In this document: positions 11,780 through 24,367 of the stretch, piece after piece
Position numbering within the stretch: position 1 is the stretch's first letter
How the letters are laid out: every line of letters starts with the position of its first letter
NCBI RefSeq assembly: GCF_006345805.1
Contig: NC_042997.1
Location: 200,694,001-200,758,000 of the forward strand
Length of the DNA: 64,000 nucleotides
From: Octopus sinensis
Taxonomy: Eukaryota
Direction of reading: 5' to 3'
Made by a program: the position numbers and the translations under genes
Notes under the pieces: generated by a model
Database searches by the model: none
What the model saw: the letters and a program-made list of their open reading frames with translations, nothing else
What the model was told of the DNA's origin: nothing

Positions 11780-11847
11780 AGCACCACCACCACCACCACC
11801 ACCACCACCACCACCACCACTACTACTACTACTACCTACTACTACTA

Positions 11848-11928
<81 letters not shown>

Positions 11929-11948
11929 TACGTAGCTATATGAGTCTA

Positions 11949-12015
<67 letters not shown>

Positions 12016-12113
12016 AAACGTGTGTATGTGTGTACGTATGTGTATGCTGCTGCCGCTACTACTACTACTACTACTACTACTAACAACAACAACAACAACA
12101 GTAATAGCAATAA
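11686..12113. repeat. compound microsatellite (CAC/TAC/TGC)n, (GTCT/ATCT)n, (TAC/AAC)n
   Basis: Direct reading. Confidence 0.95.
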
Positions 12114-12699
12114 TAAAATGTTGATATATATATATATATATATACATACTCACACATACACGTGCACACACGGACACACACACATACACACGCACACACA
12201 CACACACACACACACGGAGTTTTTGCTGACTGAAGTTCTTGCAACCGGGAATGTGGAAATATAACCGGCCCCGCACCCATTCAGTATATCTTGGGTCATT
12301 TTTATCTAAGTGCTTTTTCTGTTGATGTTTCTTTATTCAAGTGGTCATTCTCTGACGATTTACGTTCTTCCATTTTGCTTTGGTAGACAATCTTCAGAGT
12401 AGCAATCTTGATAATGACAATAAAAATCCGAGAAAATCAGAAAAAAGTTCATAGACTCACCAATTACCCCTGACATGTACACTCTAATACATAAATTAAT
12501 TAAACATTATTAACGAACATGAATACACATATAAAGCAATTACAGGACTCGAATCCTAAACAGCGAATTCAAACCGTTTCTGTAAAACCACTCACACACA
12601 TAAACAATTTCACACATATACACACGTATGTGCACATTAAAAGAAATACACAGCAAACAACCCATCCGAAACAAAAAGAACTACTAGACCGTAAAAATT

Positions 12700-13060
12700 A
12701 AATGACATCCATTTGACTAAACGATTGCGTCACAGACGAACCGCAAAAACAATCCTTTTGATATACAATTGAAAACCTTATCAAAGGAAATCACCAGCTA
12801 GACCATAATGAAACTGAAAAACAGGAAATGTGTTCAACGAACCGAATTAAATAATCATTTTGATATGAAAACAATATATAATCGTTTTAATTAAGGCAAA
12901 TGAATTTGAAAAAAAGGAAATACGCCCAACGAATCGAAGAACATACCTCTGTGTTATTAAAATGACAAATAATCATTTTGGCGAATATGTTTAAGACAAA
13001 AACTACATTTACATAATAAAGATGCTAAAAACTATAAAAAAATATGTGACGATAGGACAT
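12700..13060 (+). pseudogene. highly decayed LINE ORF2 remnant
   Basis: DNA-level homology to minus-strand 19330-19710 (ATCCATTTGAC...GCAAATGAATTT...GGAAATACGCCCAACGAA), which runs into an RT motif. Confidence 0.4.
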
Positions 13061-14350
13061 AAACCTTAAAAATATATACTAGATGTCTTGCAAACAACTT
13101 GCACATGCAAGTGCTACCAGTTAAAAGCTCCGTATACCGGAAGCTAGCAAGTGTATGGGGTCATCAGGAGAGAATGCGCGCCGTTTCGGGGCCTACCTCT
13201 CGACGGCATCAATGCGCACCGGCCCCCCCCCCTCACTGATATGAGGCTTGCTAGATCAGCTGGTTATGAAGAACTCAATATACTTCTAGCCATCGCTCAT
13301 CGTCTCTTTTTAACCAAATCCAGTGGCTAGCCTTCTCCACTGTAGATTGGATATCAGTCATTGTGGTATTGACTTTACGATGAGTTAAGCCTATCGATAA
13401 CAACAGTCGTCTCACGCTGTGTCCAACAAATAAACATTACAAAAGCCGCTAAGAAAACCAACCAATGAAAGAAACAGTTATGGGTAAAATCCAGATAAGA
13501 AAAAAGTCAGTAGTATTTATTAACCAATGGGAACAAGGGACTGAGGTGAATAAAAATCCCGTTCTGCTGGAAATATAAAATGAAACAAGTATACAGTTAT
13601 GTGAAGTTTAAAAAGACCATATATTCCTTATATCAGATATTGTGCGCTCCCTTTCTCAGTGACCTGAATCTTACCTTACTAGCAACGTTGAAATTACCTT
13701 CTACCCCCCTCTCTCTGTTTCATTTATTCTACTTCTGTTCATTCTCTCCATGTCATAGAGATCCTCCTCCGTTTCCCTGCTTTTCATTTCCTCTTCTCTA
13801 CCTCTGTTACTCCTTCCTACAACACTCATATCCTCTCTCTCCCTGCTTTTTGTTCTTATTCTTCTTCTTCGTCCCTACCGTCAGTCTTCAAATTTCAGTC
13901 ACTACCATATGAACTGCTTTTGCTAACTTACTCTTGATGAAGGGAGCCGGGCGTATGGTATCCAAAGGAATGGGGGGTAGAGTTCTTTTGGTAGGAGGAG
14001 AAATAAGAGGCTACTTAAGAAGGTGGGGAGGCTATGAGGGAAGTAGGAAGCAATGGTTTAGAAAAATTTGGAAAGGTAAGTATGAGAAAGATTGATAGGG
14101 GAGGGAGTTGTTGAGGTAGTTGGTTGCTAGGCTGACCTTGCCTTAGTTCAAGATAATTTTGAGCATGGATATTCATAATTATGGGATTGCGCGCACACAC
14201 ACTTACGCACACACCACACACACTTACACACACGCACACACACACATACACACACACACAACGCACCATCCGTTCTAGGAATTGAAACCATAATCAAGCA
14301 ATCGAGAGTGCAACACCCTAGCCACTAAGTCATATGCCCTCACTTGGTCA

Positions 14351-14689
14351 AGACCCCTTTTGGTTATGAATGACGATAAGAGTGCTCCTAGAAAGTTCCC
14401 CTCCGAAGCACAAGTCTGGGCAACGTTGTTTATGGAAGACCAGCAGTCGCCCATGCATACCAGCACACCCCCACTCTCCACACCACTGATGTTATCTAAG
14501 GGAAAGGCAAAGGGGCCGATACAGCTTGGCACCAGTGGCGTCGCATCTCATTTGTACAGATGAGTGAACTGGAGCAACGTGAAATAAAAGTGTCTGGTTC
14601 AAAAACAAAACACACAGCCCGGTCCGGGAATCGAACTCACAATCTCATGATCGTAAGCCCGACACTCTAACCACTGAACCAGGAACCTT
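14351..14689 (-). mobile_element. tRNA-derived SINE, family C
   Basis: Homologous to 17379-17710 and 60767-61080; A box TGGTTCAGTGG and B box GAGTTCGATTCC on the minus strand. Confidence 0.85.
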
Positions 14690-14920
14690 CATCTCTCGTA
14701 GCTCTGCGATCACTTCGACACCTGACGCGTGGCACACCGTGCACCTATTCAGACAACGTCAATTTGATGGAGAGAGTGAGATAACGTGCGGCACGAACAT
14801 TAGATCATTATAAACAAGTCATTTGTGAAGGTCATTTGACAAGAAGCTGAACGTTCTTCGACCAGAGAGTCCGGCATCACATATGTATACACGCATACAT
14901 CAATACGTACATATGTATAA

Positions 14921-14952
<32 letters not shown>

Positions 14953-14960
14953 CATTGTTT

Positions 14961-15342
14961 TATTCTTTTACTTGTTTCAGTCATTTGACTGCGGCCGTGC
15001 TGAGGAACCGCCTTTAGTCGAGCAAATCGACCCCCAAGACTTATTCTTTGGAAGCCTAGTACTTATTCTATCGGGCACTTTTGCCGAATCGATAATTTAC
15101 GGGGACGTAACCACACCAGCATCGGTTGTCAACCGATGGTGGGGAGACATACATACACACACACACGCACACACACACAACGGGCTTCTTTTAGTTTCCG
15201 TCTAACAAATCCACTCACAAAGCTTTGGTCGGCCCGAGGTTACAGTAGAAGACACTTGCTTAAGGTGTCACACAGTGGAACTGAACCCGGAACCGTGTGG
15301 TTGGTAAGCAAGCTTCTTATCACACAGCCACTACTGCGCCTA
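14961..15342 (-). mobile_element. SINE family B
   Basis: Homology to 4368-4783 and 61133-61438. Confidence 0.85.
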
Positions 15343-15385
15343 TTATATATATATATACATACACACATATAATATATGTAGATAT

Positions 15386-15427
<42 letters not shown>

Positions 15428-15551
15428 TTACACAACGTATCCCTATCGTCATAAAGAATGTTTTAGAAATAACATCTAAATTTCTCATACAACGGACTTC
15501 CATCTTTTCAAATCATATTTGCACTTCAACACACACACACACACACACACA

Positions 15552-15583
<32 letters not shown>

Positions 15584-16122
15584 ACACACACACACACACA
15601 TTTATATGTATGTATATTATCGTTGTTATTGTTATTCATTTTCCTCTTTGATTTACAACTATTTTCTTTTGTATAAAGATCGATAATATGATCTCAAAAG
15701 GAAACATTATTACACTTTGGTATTCAGAATATCTATGCTTGAATATTTCTGCCTCTTTTTTTTTTGTGTGTGTTTCTTATTTTAATCTGTTTATTCATTT
15801 TTTTTTTATTCTTTAATCATTTCTACTAATCTTTCCACAGATCACAATACATTGATTGTAGGTCCAGAAGCGTAATAGTTATTGTTGGGTTGCTGGTGTG
15901 TGTGTATTTTATTTCTATATCAAAATCATAAGATGTTTATTTTATTTATGAAACTCCACCCTTTTCCTGTGAAGCCATGCTTTAAATAACAATGAATTCA
16001 AGTGAGCTAATCAGGGAGAAGAGAACTGAATAACAATAAGGTTAATGGAAGTTCAATACACTCGATATGAATCCACGTTTATACATGTGTGTGTGTATTA
16101 TCTATCTCCATCTGTTATATAA

Positions 16123-16160
<38 letters not shown>

Positions 16161-16225
16161 GTATATATACATGTATATATATATATATATATAACAACAC
16201 ACATACATATATATATATATATATC

Positions 16226-16256
<31 letters not shown>

Positions 16257-16368
16257 CTATATATATAACTATATACATACATATATATATATATATATAT
16301 AATATATATATATATTATATATAATACATACATATTATAGATATATATATAATAAAATAATAAAATGT

Positions 16369-16675
16369 GGAGTGGAGGCGCAATGCCCAGTAGTTAGGGC
16401 AGCGGACTCGCGGTTTCGATTTCCAGACCGGGCGTTGTGAGTGTTTATTGAGCGAGAACACCTAAAGCTCCACGAGGCTCCGCGGGTGGGGGTGGGGTGG
16501 CGATCCCTGCTGTACTCTTTCGTCATAACTTTCTCTCACTCTTTCTTCTGTTGGCCTGCTAGCTTAGCCAGCGGGGTGGCGTATGTTAAAAGGCTAAAAC
16601 AATGCGAAGCGCATTGTGACCAGCGATGTGTAGCAACATCTGATAGCCTGGTCGGTCACGCTGATCACGGTGTTA
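16369..16675 (+). mobile_element. tRNA-derived SINE, family E
   Basis: TGGAGGCGCAATGCCCAGTAGTTAGGGC...GGTTTCGATTTCC tRNA-like head followed by a distinct body. Confidence 0.65.
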
Positions 16676-17084
16676 TATATAAATAAGTGTGTGCGTGTTT
16701 GCGCGTCTGTTTATGTATGTATGTAGCTAGTTAAAAGGATATACATATATATACACATAAACTTTGATATGTGAACTTATACGAAACTATAGCTTTTCCA
16801 TATAAGAAAAGTGTATAAGCAATCTAATGCGTGCATTGGATTTATATTTCTCCAGTTTGCATAAATAATACTATATCTGTATGCAACTACACAGTATGTA
16901 TTCTTCAGCGTGTAATCATTAATGCTATATATTTCTTAATTTCAAACATCGAGATTTCAATTGCTGATAACATGATGAATATTTATTATATAATCGCATT
17001 AACAAGCCCATTATGTGAATACATGAACAATAATTATTTAAATGGCTCCTTTTAAATAATATATTATATGCATATATATATATA

Positions 17085-17362
17085 TCTATAAAATAATATG
17101 TTACAATTATTCAATAGTCAAGATAAAACTCTGAGTTTCGGATGCCGAAGTGGAAATCCACAACACCATCTCTTCGGTTAATCTGGCCATCTGAAAAAAC
17201 GCTATGAAAAAATACCGTTATATAAAGGGAAATTATCCGAAACTCAGAGTTTTATCTTGACTATTGAATAATTGTAACATATTATTTTATAGATAAATTT
17301 CCTCTACTTACATAATATTGAGGTCTCTTTCTTTCTTTTGTTATCTTACCGTTTTTACCAAT
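17085..17362. mobile_element. Penelope-like fold-back element: perfect 59-bp inverted arms plus tail
   Basis: 17085-17143 is the reverse complement of 17235-17293; same family and tail as 20921-21200; the minus strand of the left arm has CCGAAGA...GAAACTCAGAGTT. Confidence 0.75.
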
Positions 17363-17378
17363 ATATATATATATATAT

Positions 17379-17710
17379 CATGGCTCAGTGGTTAGAGCGT
17401 CGAGCTTACGACCGTGAGGTTGTGAGCTCGAATCCCGGACCGGGCTGCGTGTTGTGTTCTTGAGCAAGACACTTTATTTCACGTTGCTCCAGTTCACTCA
17501 GCTGCAGAAATGAGTTGCGACGTCACAGGTGCCAAGCTGTATCGGCCTTTGTCTTTCCCTTGGATAACACTGGTGGCGTGGGAGGAGGGGAGGCCGGTAT
17601 GCATGGGCGACTACTGGTCTTCCATAAAAAAAACCTTGCCCAGACTTGTGCCTCAGAGGGAGTAACTCTCTAGGTGCAAACCCATGGTCACTCATGACCG
17701 AAGGGGGTCT
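17379..17710 (+). mobile_element. SINE family C
   Basis: CATGGCTCAGTGGTTAGAGC...GAGCTCGAATCCC head; CTTGAGCAAGACACTT motif. Confidence 0.9.
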
Positions 17711-17771
17711 TATATAATAAATATAATATATATATATATATAATATATATATATATTATATAATATATATT

Positions 17772-18632
17772 GGTGTTTCAGTTCAGAGCTGCGACTAAGC
17801 TGGGTCACTGCCGTTTTGCTACACTGTTATTACAGAGAGCCTCCTCTAAAATATGGCATTTGGTGAAGAATGGAGTTTGATGTCACTACCTTCATTTGCA
17901 CGTCTTGCCGCGAGGCAGGGTCATCTGGGACTCTTGACAGGAAGTGGTCCAGTTTTCACTTGAACACATTTACATTCACTTTGTGTAGGTCCTACAGGCT
18001 CTTTGGAAGAATATTAAAAAGCTGTGGGGCCCTAAAACCCAGGCTGTTGCAGCAACTGGTCATGAAGCGCGATGCATTGCTGGGATTTCTGGCACTGTGC
18101 AGTGTCGACCCATTCTGGCATTGATGTAGCTTCCAATGCCAAAATTTGGCACAATTCCTTCCAGGATCATCCAGATGTATATTACTGCATACCACTGCCG
18201 CCTTCGTTACAGGGAGTAGAGTCTTAGCTGTTTCAGCCTTTCCCAGTAGCAGAGCTGTTGCAATGAGACGATCTTCTTTGTGAAGCTTCGCTGGATTGCT
18301 TCAAGGTCCGCTGTTAATTTTACACTGTTGGTGACCATAGCTGGAAGCAGTATTGCAGGCGGCTGAGGACAATCATGGTTTCCTTCTCTCTGGTTCTCTG
18401 CGGTCTCAGAATCCATCCAGCCAGTTGTCTACTCTTTGTTGTCATCTTGGTAATGTGCACTTGGAAAGATGCATCATCTCTCATTTCGTTATCCATGCTC
18501 CTCACTGATTTAGACTCTGGGATTTTAATCCCCTTTGGATCAGTATACCCTGTAAGTTTTATATTCAGTTTTGGACGCTGGTAGTGCAGGGCTTGGAATT
18601 TTTCAGCATTAAACTGCATATTGTTGCCCCAT
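17772..18632 (-). pseudogene. CR1-clade LINE 3' fragment (RT C-terminal region, frameshifted)
   Basis: Peptides NNMQFNAEKFQALHY, SRLQYCFQLWSP, LEAIQRSFTKKI...YWERLKQLRLYSL and FRAPQLFNILPKSL. Confidence 0.9.
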
Positions 18633-18714
18633 GTATGTATGTATGTATGTATGTATGTATGTATGTATGTATGTATGTATGTATGTATGTATGTATGTTG
18701 TATGTATGTATGTA

Positions 18715-18745
<31 letters not shown>

Positions 18746-18780
18746 ATGTATGTATGTATGCATGTATGTATGTATGTATA
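18632..18780. repeat. (ATGT)n microsatellite
   Basis: Direct reading. Confidence 0.95.
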
Positions 18781-18789
18781 TAGTTATCA

Positions 18790-19960
18790 TTTTACGTCTG
18801 TTTTTGCATGCTTGCATACAGTGGATAAATCTCCAATACATTATTCTAGTACTTGTGGGTTTTTTTCAAATTTTTTGTCGTCTATTTCATGGCGTTCGAC
18901 CCATGTCATTCTGGTCTTTTTTCTGTCCTGAATATTGTTCTCACTTAAATCCCTTGGCAAATATTCTGCAATGATCTTGCCATACATCTAACCCCTGTCT
19001 CATTAGTGGCCACCAGAGCACAGAAGTTGGTATCCAGTTCTAAGCCTTTCCCAGGTCAACTGATGTAATGAATAGCATGTGGTTTATTTAGACTGAATTT
19101 CTTCCTGACGATTCGAGCAAAGCGATCATCAGACGAGAACTGTTTTATTTACTTATTTTTTTCGTATCTAACAGTGTGAGCCTGTTCTTTCAGTTTCTTT
19201 CTATCCCAGTCTTTTGTTTCCGTTGGTTGACGACAGCTATTGCTTTTGTCAGGGTTTCATCTGGAACTCTATTTTATTGGTTGATTTCGTTATATGTTAC
19301 TTGTTTTTTCGTGTTACTTTTTACCGTGTGTATTTTTAAATTTCTCATTTCGTCACCTGATATTTTTTTTATATATTTAGTGTATTTATTATGCAAGTGT
19401 TGTTTTATATTGAACATATTTACCAAAATGATTATTTGTTACATTAGTTATAAAAGGATTTTCCTCACCTGTTCGTTGGGCGTATTTCCTCTTTTTGAAA
19501 TTCATTTGCTTTATTAAACCGAATATATATTGTTTTGCTATTTAGTTAATTCGTTATTTAAATCGGTTCGTTAAGCACATTTCCCGTTTTTTTAGATTCA
19601 CTACAGTCTCAATGTTTATTTTCCTTGATATTATTTTCTATAGTAAATTAGAGAGTTTGTTATTTTGGTCCGTCTGTACTGCAAGCTGTTTGTCAAATGG
19701 ATTCTTCGTCTTCGCTATCTGTCTCACTAGGAAGAGTGCATAAGTAATTCTCTGACACAAAGCCAAAGTACATCAGTAATACGCCATGTGTCGCTATTTC
19801 CTGCTTAGTTGTGCTGTAACTTTTTGCTACTTTCATAACATGGTCCGTTAGATATTCAGCTTAACTGACTTCTGGTTAGCATACACAATATATTGTGATA
19901 GAGTATTAACCGTTCCGTGGACACAGGATGAATATTATTTTTCTGGTTAAATTTAACAAG
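18790..19960 (-). pseudogene. decayed RTE-like LINE RT fragment
   Basis: 19011-19073 minus translates FITSVDLGKA*NWIPTSVLWW, resembling the RT motif FvDleKAfDrvp...lWw; boundaries approximate. Confidence 0.5.
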
Positions 19961-20130
19961 ACAACCGACTAATCAAATCAATTGTTTTTTATTCACGGAG
20001 AAATAGAATTTATGATATAACGACTTAGTTTACATCTCCTAGCGATGCTAAAAGTTGCAGGCATATATCAAGGAATACATTTCACGACATGACATATAGA
20101 CACGGAAATTAATAGAATCCCACAAGTATA

Positions 20131-20320
20131 ATAGGAGTGTCTGTGTGGTAAGTAGCTTGCTTACCAGCCACATGGTACCGAGTTCAGTCCCACTGTACGT
20201 GGCACCTTGGGCAAATGTCTTCTAGTATAGTCTCAGGCCAACTAAAGCCTTGTGAGTGGATTTGGTAGACGGAAACTGAAAGAAGCCCGTTGTATATGTG
20301 TGTGTGTGTGCATGCGTGTT
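20131..20320 (+). mobile_element. SINE family B, 5' part
   Basis: GGAGTGTCTGTGTGGTAAGTAGCTTGC...GACGGAAACTGAAAGAAGCCCG. Confidence 0.85.
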
Positions 20321-20344
20321 GTTGTTGTTAAGCAACAAGACGGG

Positions 20345-20401
<57 letters not shown>

Positions 20402-20421
20402 CGTGTGCGTGTGTGTATGTG

Positions 20422-20669
20422 TGGAGGCGCGTGGCTTAGCGGTTAGGGTGTTAGCATCATGATCGTAAGATGGTAGTTTCGATTCCTGGATCGGACGACA
20501 TGTAGTGTTCTTGAGAAAAACACTTCATTTCACATTGCTCCAGTCCACTCAGCTGGCAAAAATGAGTAACGCTGCGATGAACTGGCGTCCCGTCCAGCTG
20601 GGGAACACATACGCCATAGAAGCCGGGAAACCGAGCCCATGAGCCTGGCTAGGCTTTAAAGGGGCGCAT
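20422..20669 (+). mobile_element. tRNA-derived SINE, family D, with (ATT)n tail
   Basis: GGAGGCGCGTGGCTTAGCGG...TTTCGATTCC head; TGCGATGAACTGGCGTCCCGTCCAG core; (ATT)n from 20668. Confidence 0.75.
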
Positions 20670-20695
20670 TATTATTATTATTATTATTATTATTA

Positions 20696-20733
<38 letters not shown>

Positions 20734-20920
20734 ATATGTGGAAATTGACGATTTAAAAGTCTGTTATCAGCATATTGGCATGGAAATTATTTTCTTTTGC
20801 CCTTGTTTATAAGTTTTTTATAATTTTAACCTTTAAAGGTATTTTAATATGCTGCCACTTTTTGATGAAGTTTTTTTCTGTAAAAAAAATTTCAACCTAT
20901 ATTAGTAGTATATATATATA

Positions 20921-21194
20921 TATCTGTAAATTAATATGTTGCCATTATTCAATAGCCAAGATAAAACTCGGAGTTTCGGATGCCGAAGTGGAAATCCACA
21001 ATACGATCTCTTCGGTTATGAAAGTGATGGCCAGATAACTGAAGATAACTGTTGTGGATTTCCACTTCGGCATCCGAAACTCAGAGTTTTATCTTGGCTA
21101 TTGAATAATGGTAACATATTAATTTATAGATAAATTTCCTCTGTTTACATAATATTGAGGTCTCTTTCTTTCTTTTGTTATCTTACCGTTTTTA

Positions 21195-21200
<6 letters not shown>
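20921..21200. mobile_element. Penelope-like fold-back element: 81-bp arms (3 mismatches), hammerhead-like cassette at 21029-21099 (+)
   Basis: 20921-21001 versus reverse complement of 21052-21132; GGCCAGATAA CTGAAGA ... GAA ACTCAGAGT T TTATCTTGGCT; stem II poorly paired. Confidence 0.75.
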
Positions 21201-21229
<29 letters not shown>

Positions 21230-21252
21230 CATCTTGTATTCCAATTCCCATA

Positions 21253-21623
21253 TCTCTTTATATATAAAAGGCAGTTTGTCTGTGTGTGTTTCTGTGTGTC
21301 TGTTAGGTTGTATCCTCACCCTGACCAAGGCTTTCAACCGATTCTGATGAAACTTGACACACACATAGCCCAATGTCATAATTCAAAACTAACGCAGCGA
21401 AAATTTTGAAAAGTTCCCCCAGTTCTGAAAAAATCGATATATTCGACATGGGGTCGAGAATCAGAAACACAAACCACAGACTGTCTAGGGGACGCAACTC
21501 GACCTTTTTAACTAAAAAAAAAATTTACCATCATTTTTTTTCCATTTTTTGGCTATAACTGTCTAAAAATGCTTTATAGTTACTTCCCTTACAAACCCGA
21601 GCAACGCCGGGCGATACTGCTAG
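21253..21623 (+). mobile_element. non-autonomous Helitron
   Basis: A|TCTCTTTATATATAAAAG ... CCCGAGCAACGCCGGG hairpin ... CTAG|T. Confidence 0.85.
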
Positions 21624-22282
21624 TGATCTATATTTCTGAACAATCTCCCAGTTGATATTGAAATCATTTATATATGCTTCAAACTGCCATTTACAAATCG
21701 ACGAATTTGCGACATTCTTCTTTCTGTATGTCTGCAGAAATTAGAAACGATTGAAATATTGCTTTCATTTAACTCCATTCTTCAAATAGAGGGATTTCTA
21801 TCTCTTTTATTTCCTTTTCCTTTTCTTATTCCTCCTTATTGTTCAAAGGAAGCATCTCATATATGTATATTCGCGTGTGTATGTATGTCTGTGTGCATAT
21901 GAGTGCATGTGTATGTGCATATGTATATATATATATGAGCAAAACGCCTCCAGTCCAATGGACGGTGCTGAGTTGTCAAACATTTAAACCAAATTTTCTC
22001 AAAACAACTTGTCCGACCGTCCCATAGGCCTCCCCTTTGAGAAACACTGATTTAACCTAAATTTGAGACACCAGCAAAAGATAGACTTTTTTTCTATTCC
22101 CAAGAAAAACGCTTTTATTCACATAAATATGCAACCGAAGAGTTTAAGGCTGTTGACTGGGAGAACACAAACATGGTTTAAACAGTAAGCTTGGCAGGAA
22201 AGAATCGTGCCTTTAAGCAGTACAAAAACAAAAAAAAAAATGGAAGGTGCAGTTATGTACAGGTTGACGGAAGAAAAGCAGG

Positions 22283-22462
22283 ACAAAAACGGTTTTATTG
22301 ATCGCATTCTCACGTGGAATCGATTTTTGTAATTTTTTCAAGACTTATACACGCCCTGATACCGTCGGTATCTACATATCAAATTTGAGCGCAATCGGAT
22401 GAAGGATGCCCGAGATCCTAGAAGATACACACAGACAGACAGAACGGATTTTATATAAGAGA
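22283..22462 (-). mobile_element. Helitron-like 5' end
   Basis: Minus: TCTCTTATATAAAATCCGTTCTGTCTGTCTG...CCGATTGCGCTCAAATTTG, resembling the 5' ends at 10983 and 21253. Confidence 0.55.
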
Positions 22463-22919
22463 TATGTACGCAGGCGCGCGTTAGGTGTTGTGTCCACCAT
22501 AACGTTTCCAGCCGATCATGCACTCACCAGGAAGTTTTGCATATTTTGAATATCCTTAATTAACGGCAAAGTAATTTGTCTGTTGATTGTTTAATTATTT
22601 AATCAAAAGAGGGCAGCGCTACGAGTTATTATATACACAAATACCACATATGCATACACATGCATACACCTATATAGAGAATACCAAACGAGTTCCCTAT
22701 GGATACCGTATTTATTACAACGAGTGGCTTGTAAACGTATCTAACGGGCGAAAGCGAGTTAGATACGTTTACAAGCCACGAGTTGTAATAAATACGGTAT
22801 CCATAGGGAATGAGTTTGGTATTTTATTTATTACACACGAATAAACGACCATATTTTATTAACCCAATAACTGAATTCTTCACGTTTAGTTGTAACTTAT
22901 GAATGACAGAAGTAGTGCC

Positions 22920-23023
22920 GTCACCGTGACCTCGGGTCATCACCATGGATTGACCAATCAGAAGCAGCGCTGTCACCGTGACCTCGGGTCATCACCATGG
23001 ATTGACCAATCAGAATCAGCGCT
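22920..23023 (+). repeat. 52-bp direct tandem duplication (1 mismatch), each unit with a CCAAT box
   Basis: GTCACCGTGACCTCGGGTCATCACCATGGATTGACCAATCAGAAGCAGCGCT x2. Confidence 0.95.
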
Positions 23024-23426
23024 CGCAGTATCTGACATTTGTTAGATACCAAAAATATCTCAGTGTTCTCACTGACATGTGTGTGTAGTGATCCTATAAC
23101 GGTGCGCGCGCGCGCACCGTCCATTTTCTATTTCGCGCGTGCGAGTGTTGGTGCCTTCACCAAGGCACAGAAAGGAAGGGCCCTCACGCGCATGCGCGAA
23201 CCACCGGAGCACGACCCTTTTGCCTACGTGGTAGTTAGCCAAGGCAAGGGGTCGTAGAACGTTTGACCACTAGCAGCAGTCAGCGGTGACTTGAGACAGC
23301 AGCGACTGAGGCGACGGTCACGCATATTTTCTCTCCGTTCGAACTTGATTCTAGCAGCACCATACCAAAAGGCCTTAACCAAATTGTTGCAGACCAACAT
23401 CATCTCCCTGTTCCGGACGCCATCTT
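22920..23426. promoter_or_regulatory. CpG-rich promoter-like motif cluster
   Basis: 2 CCAAT boxes; GCGCATGCGC (NRF1-type) at 23188-23197; CGCCATCTT (YY1-type) at 23418-23426; 22-bp palindrome at 23099-23120. Confidence 0.35.
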
Positions 23427-24286
23427 TAACTCGTTCTGTTTTTAGCGGCTGAACATTGTAAATATTACAATCGATTAACTTTCAGCCTTCGCGCCCAGAA
23501 CCAAGACACATAACCACTTATTGTTACTGTTACCACATTAGAGAATAAAGTAGTTTATATATGTTTTTACGTCTCGTCTTGTTGTTTCTGACTGGTAGAA
23601 TTCTGGATTATTAAAGCACGGCTAGTGATTGCTTGTGCACCCACAAAGTCCAGTGCACGAGGATATTCACTAATTCGTTACATGTGTAATAAACATAAGT
23701 ACGTATGTGTATTTGTATATGTGTGTATGTATGCATATGTATGTGTCTTTGGGAGTATCATAACCGGATTAAATTAACAATGCCTAATCTTGTCGTTCTT
23801 TTATCTATCTTGATGGATTCAGAAAAGCTATTATGAATATAGAAGGAATATAAGAAGTCAGACGAATGAGAAGGAAACCTTGTAACTTCTTGTGAAACAA
23901 CAGTAATTTGTAGAAAAATATGCTTATAGGCTTATCTCCTAGATAATTCATGGTATTAAAGGTGATACATTATTATCAAGGATATTGTCGCTTCGATCGT
24001 AATATATTTTGATATAACACTCCTGACAATTTGAAGCAAGAAGAGAGGTTTTATACGGCCGTTTAACATGCTAGAACTAATAGCTGTATATCCTTCAAAT
24101 CGCATTGTGCCATCAGAAATGATATTGGACAGGATCATGTTATCTGTAGAAGATGGGTTACTGGCAGTTGGAACGCATTCAGTCATGATGATCCTGTTAA
24201 ATCAGGGCTGACGAACTCTGGTAATAACGCGTTCGCATAGCTTTCTTCTCTTGCCATTTGGAAATGCTAACTATTTACCAATTATG

Positions 24287-24333
24287 TTATACATACATAC
24301 ATACAAACATACATACATACGTACGTACATTCA

Positions 24334-24367
<34 letters not shown>

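Larger units (their letters stand above)
22676..23545. mobile_element. possible non-autonomous Crypton-like DNA element with terminal long palindrome and CpG-rich interior
   Basis: 66-bp arm palindrome at 22680-22823 around loop GGGCGAAAGCGA; the family assignment is from recalled Crypton architecture, not a search; right boundary uncertain. Confidence 0.35.

Noticed and set aside
13155-13240. Hammerhead or HDV-like ribozyme (TCATCAG...TTTC; GGGGCC/GGCCCC)
   Set aside because: Stem II strands are both C-rich, and the P3/P1 order needed for an HDV fold is not met
19100-19135. CTGACGA/CTGATGA pair on opposite strands
   Set aside because: No GAAA or paired stems; lies within a decayed LINE ORF
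23234-23413. 59-aa minus-strand ORF (MMLVCNNLVKAFWYGAARIKFER...) in the CpG-rich block
   Set aside because: Short, in-frame stop just upstream, no homology I can recognise; tBLASTn against Crypton recombinases would be the test
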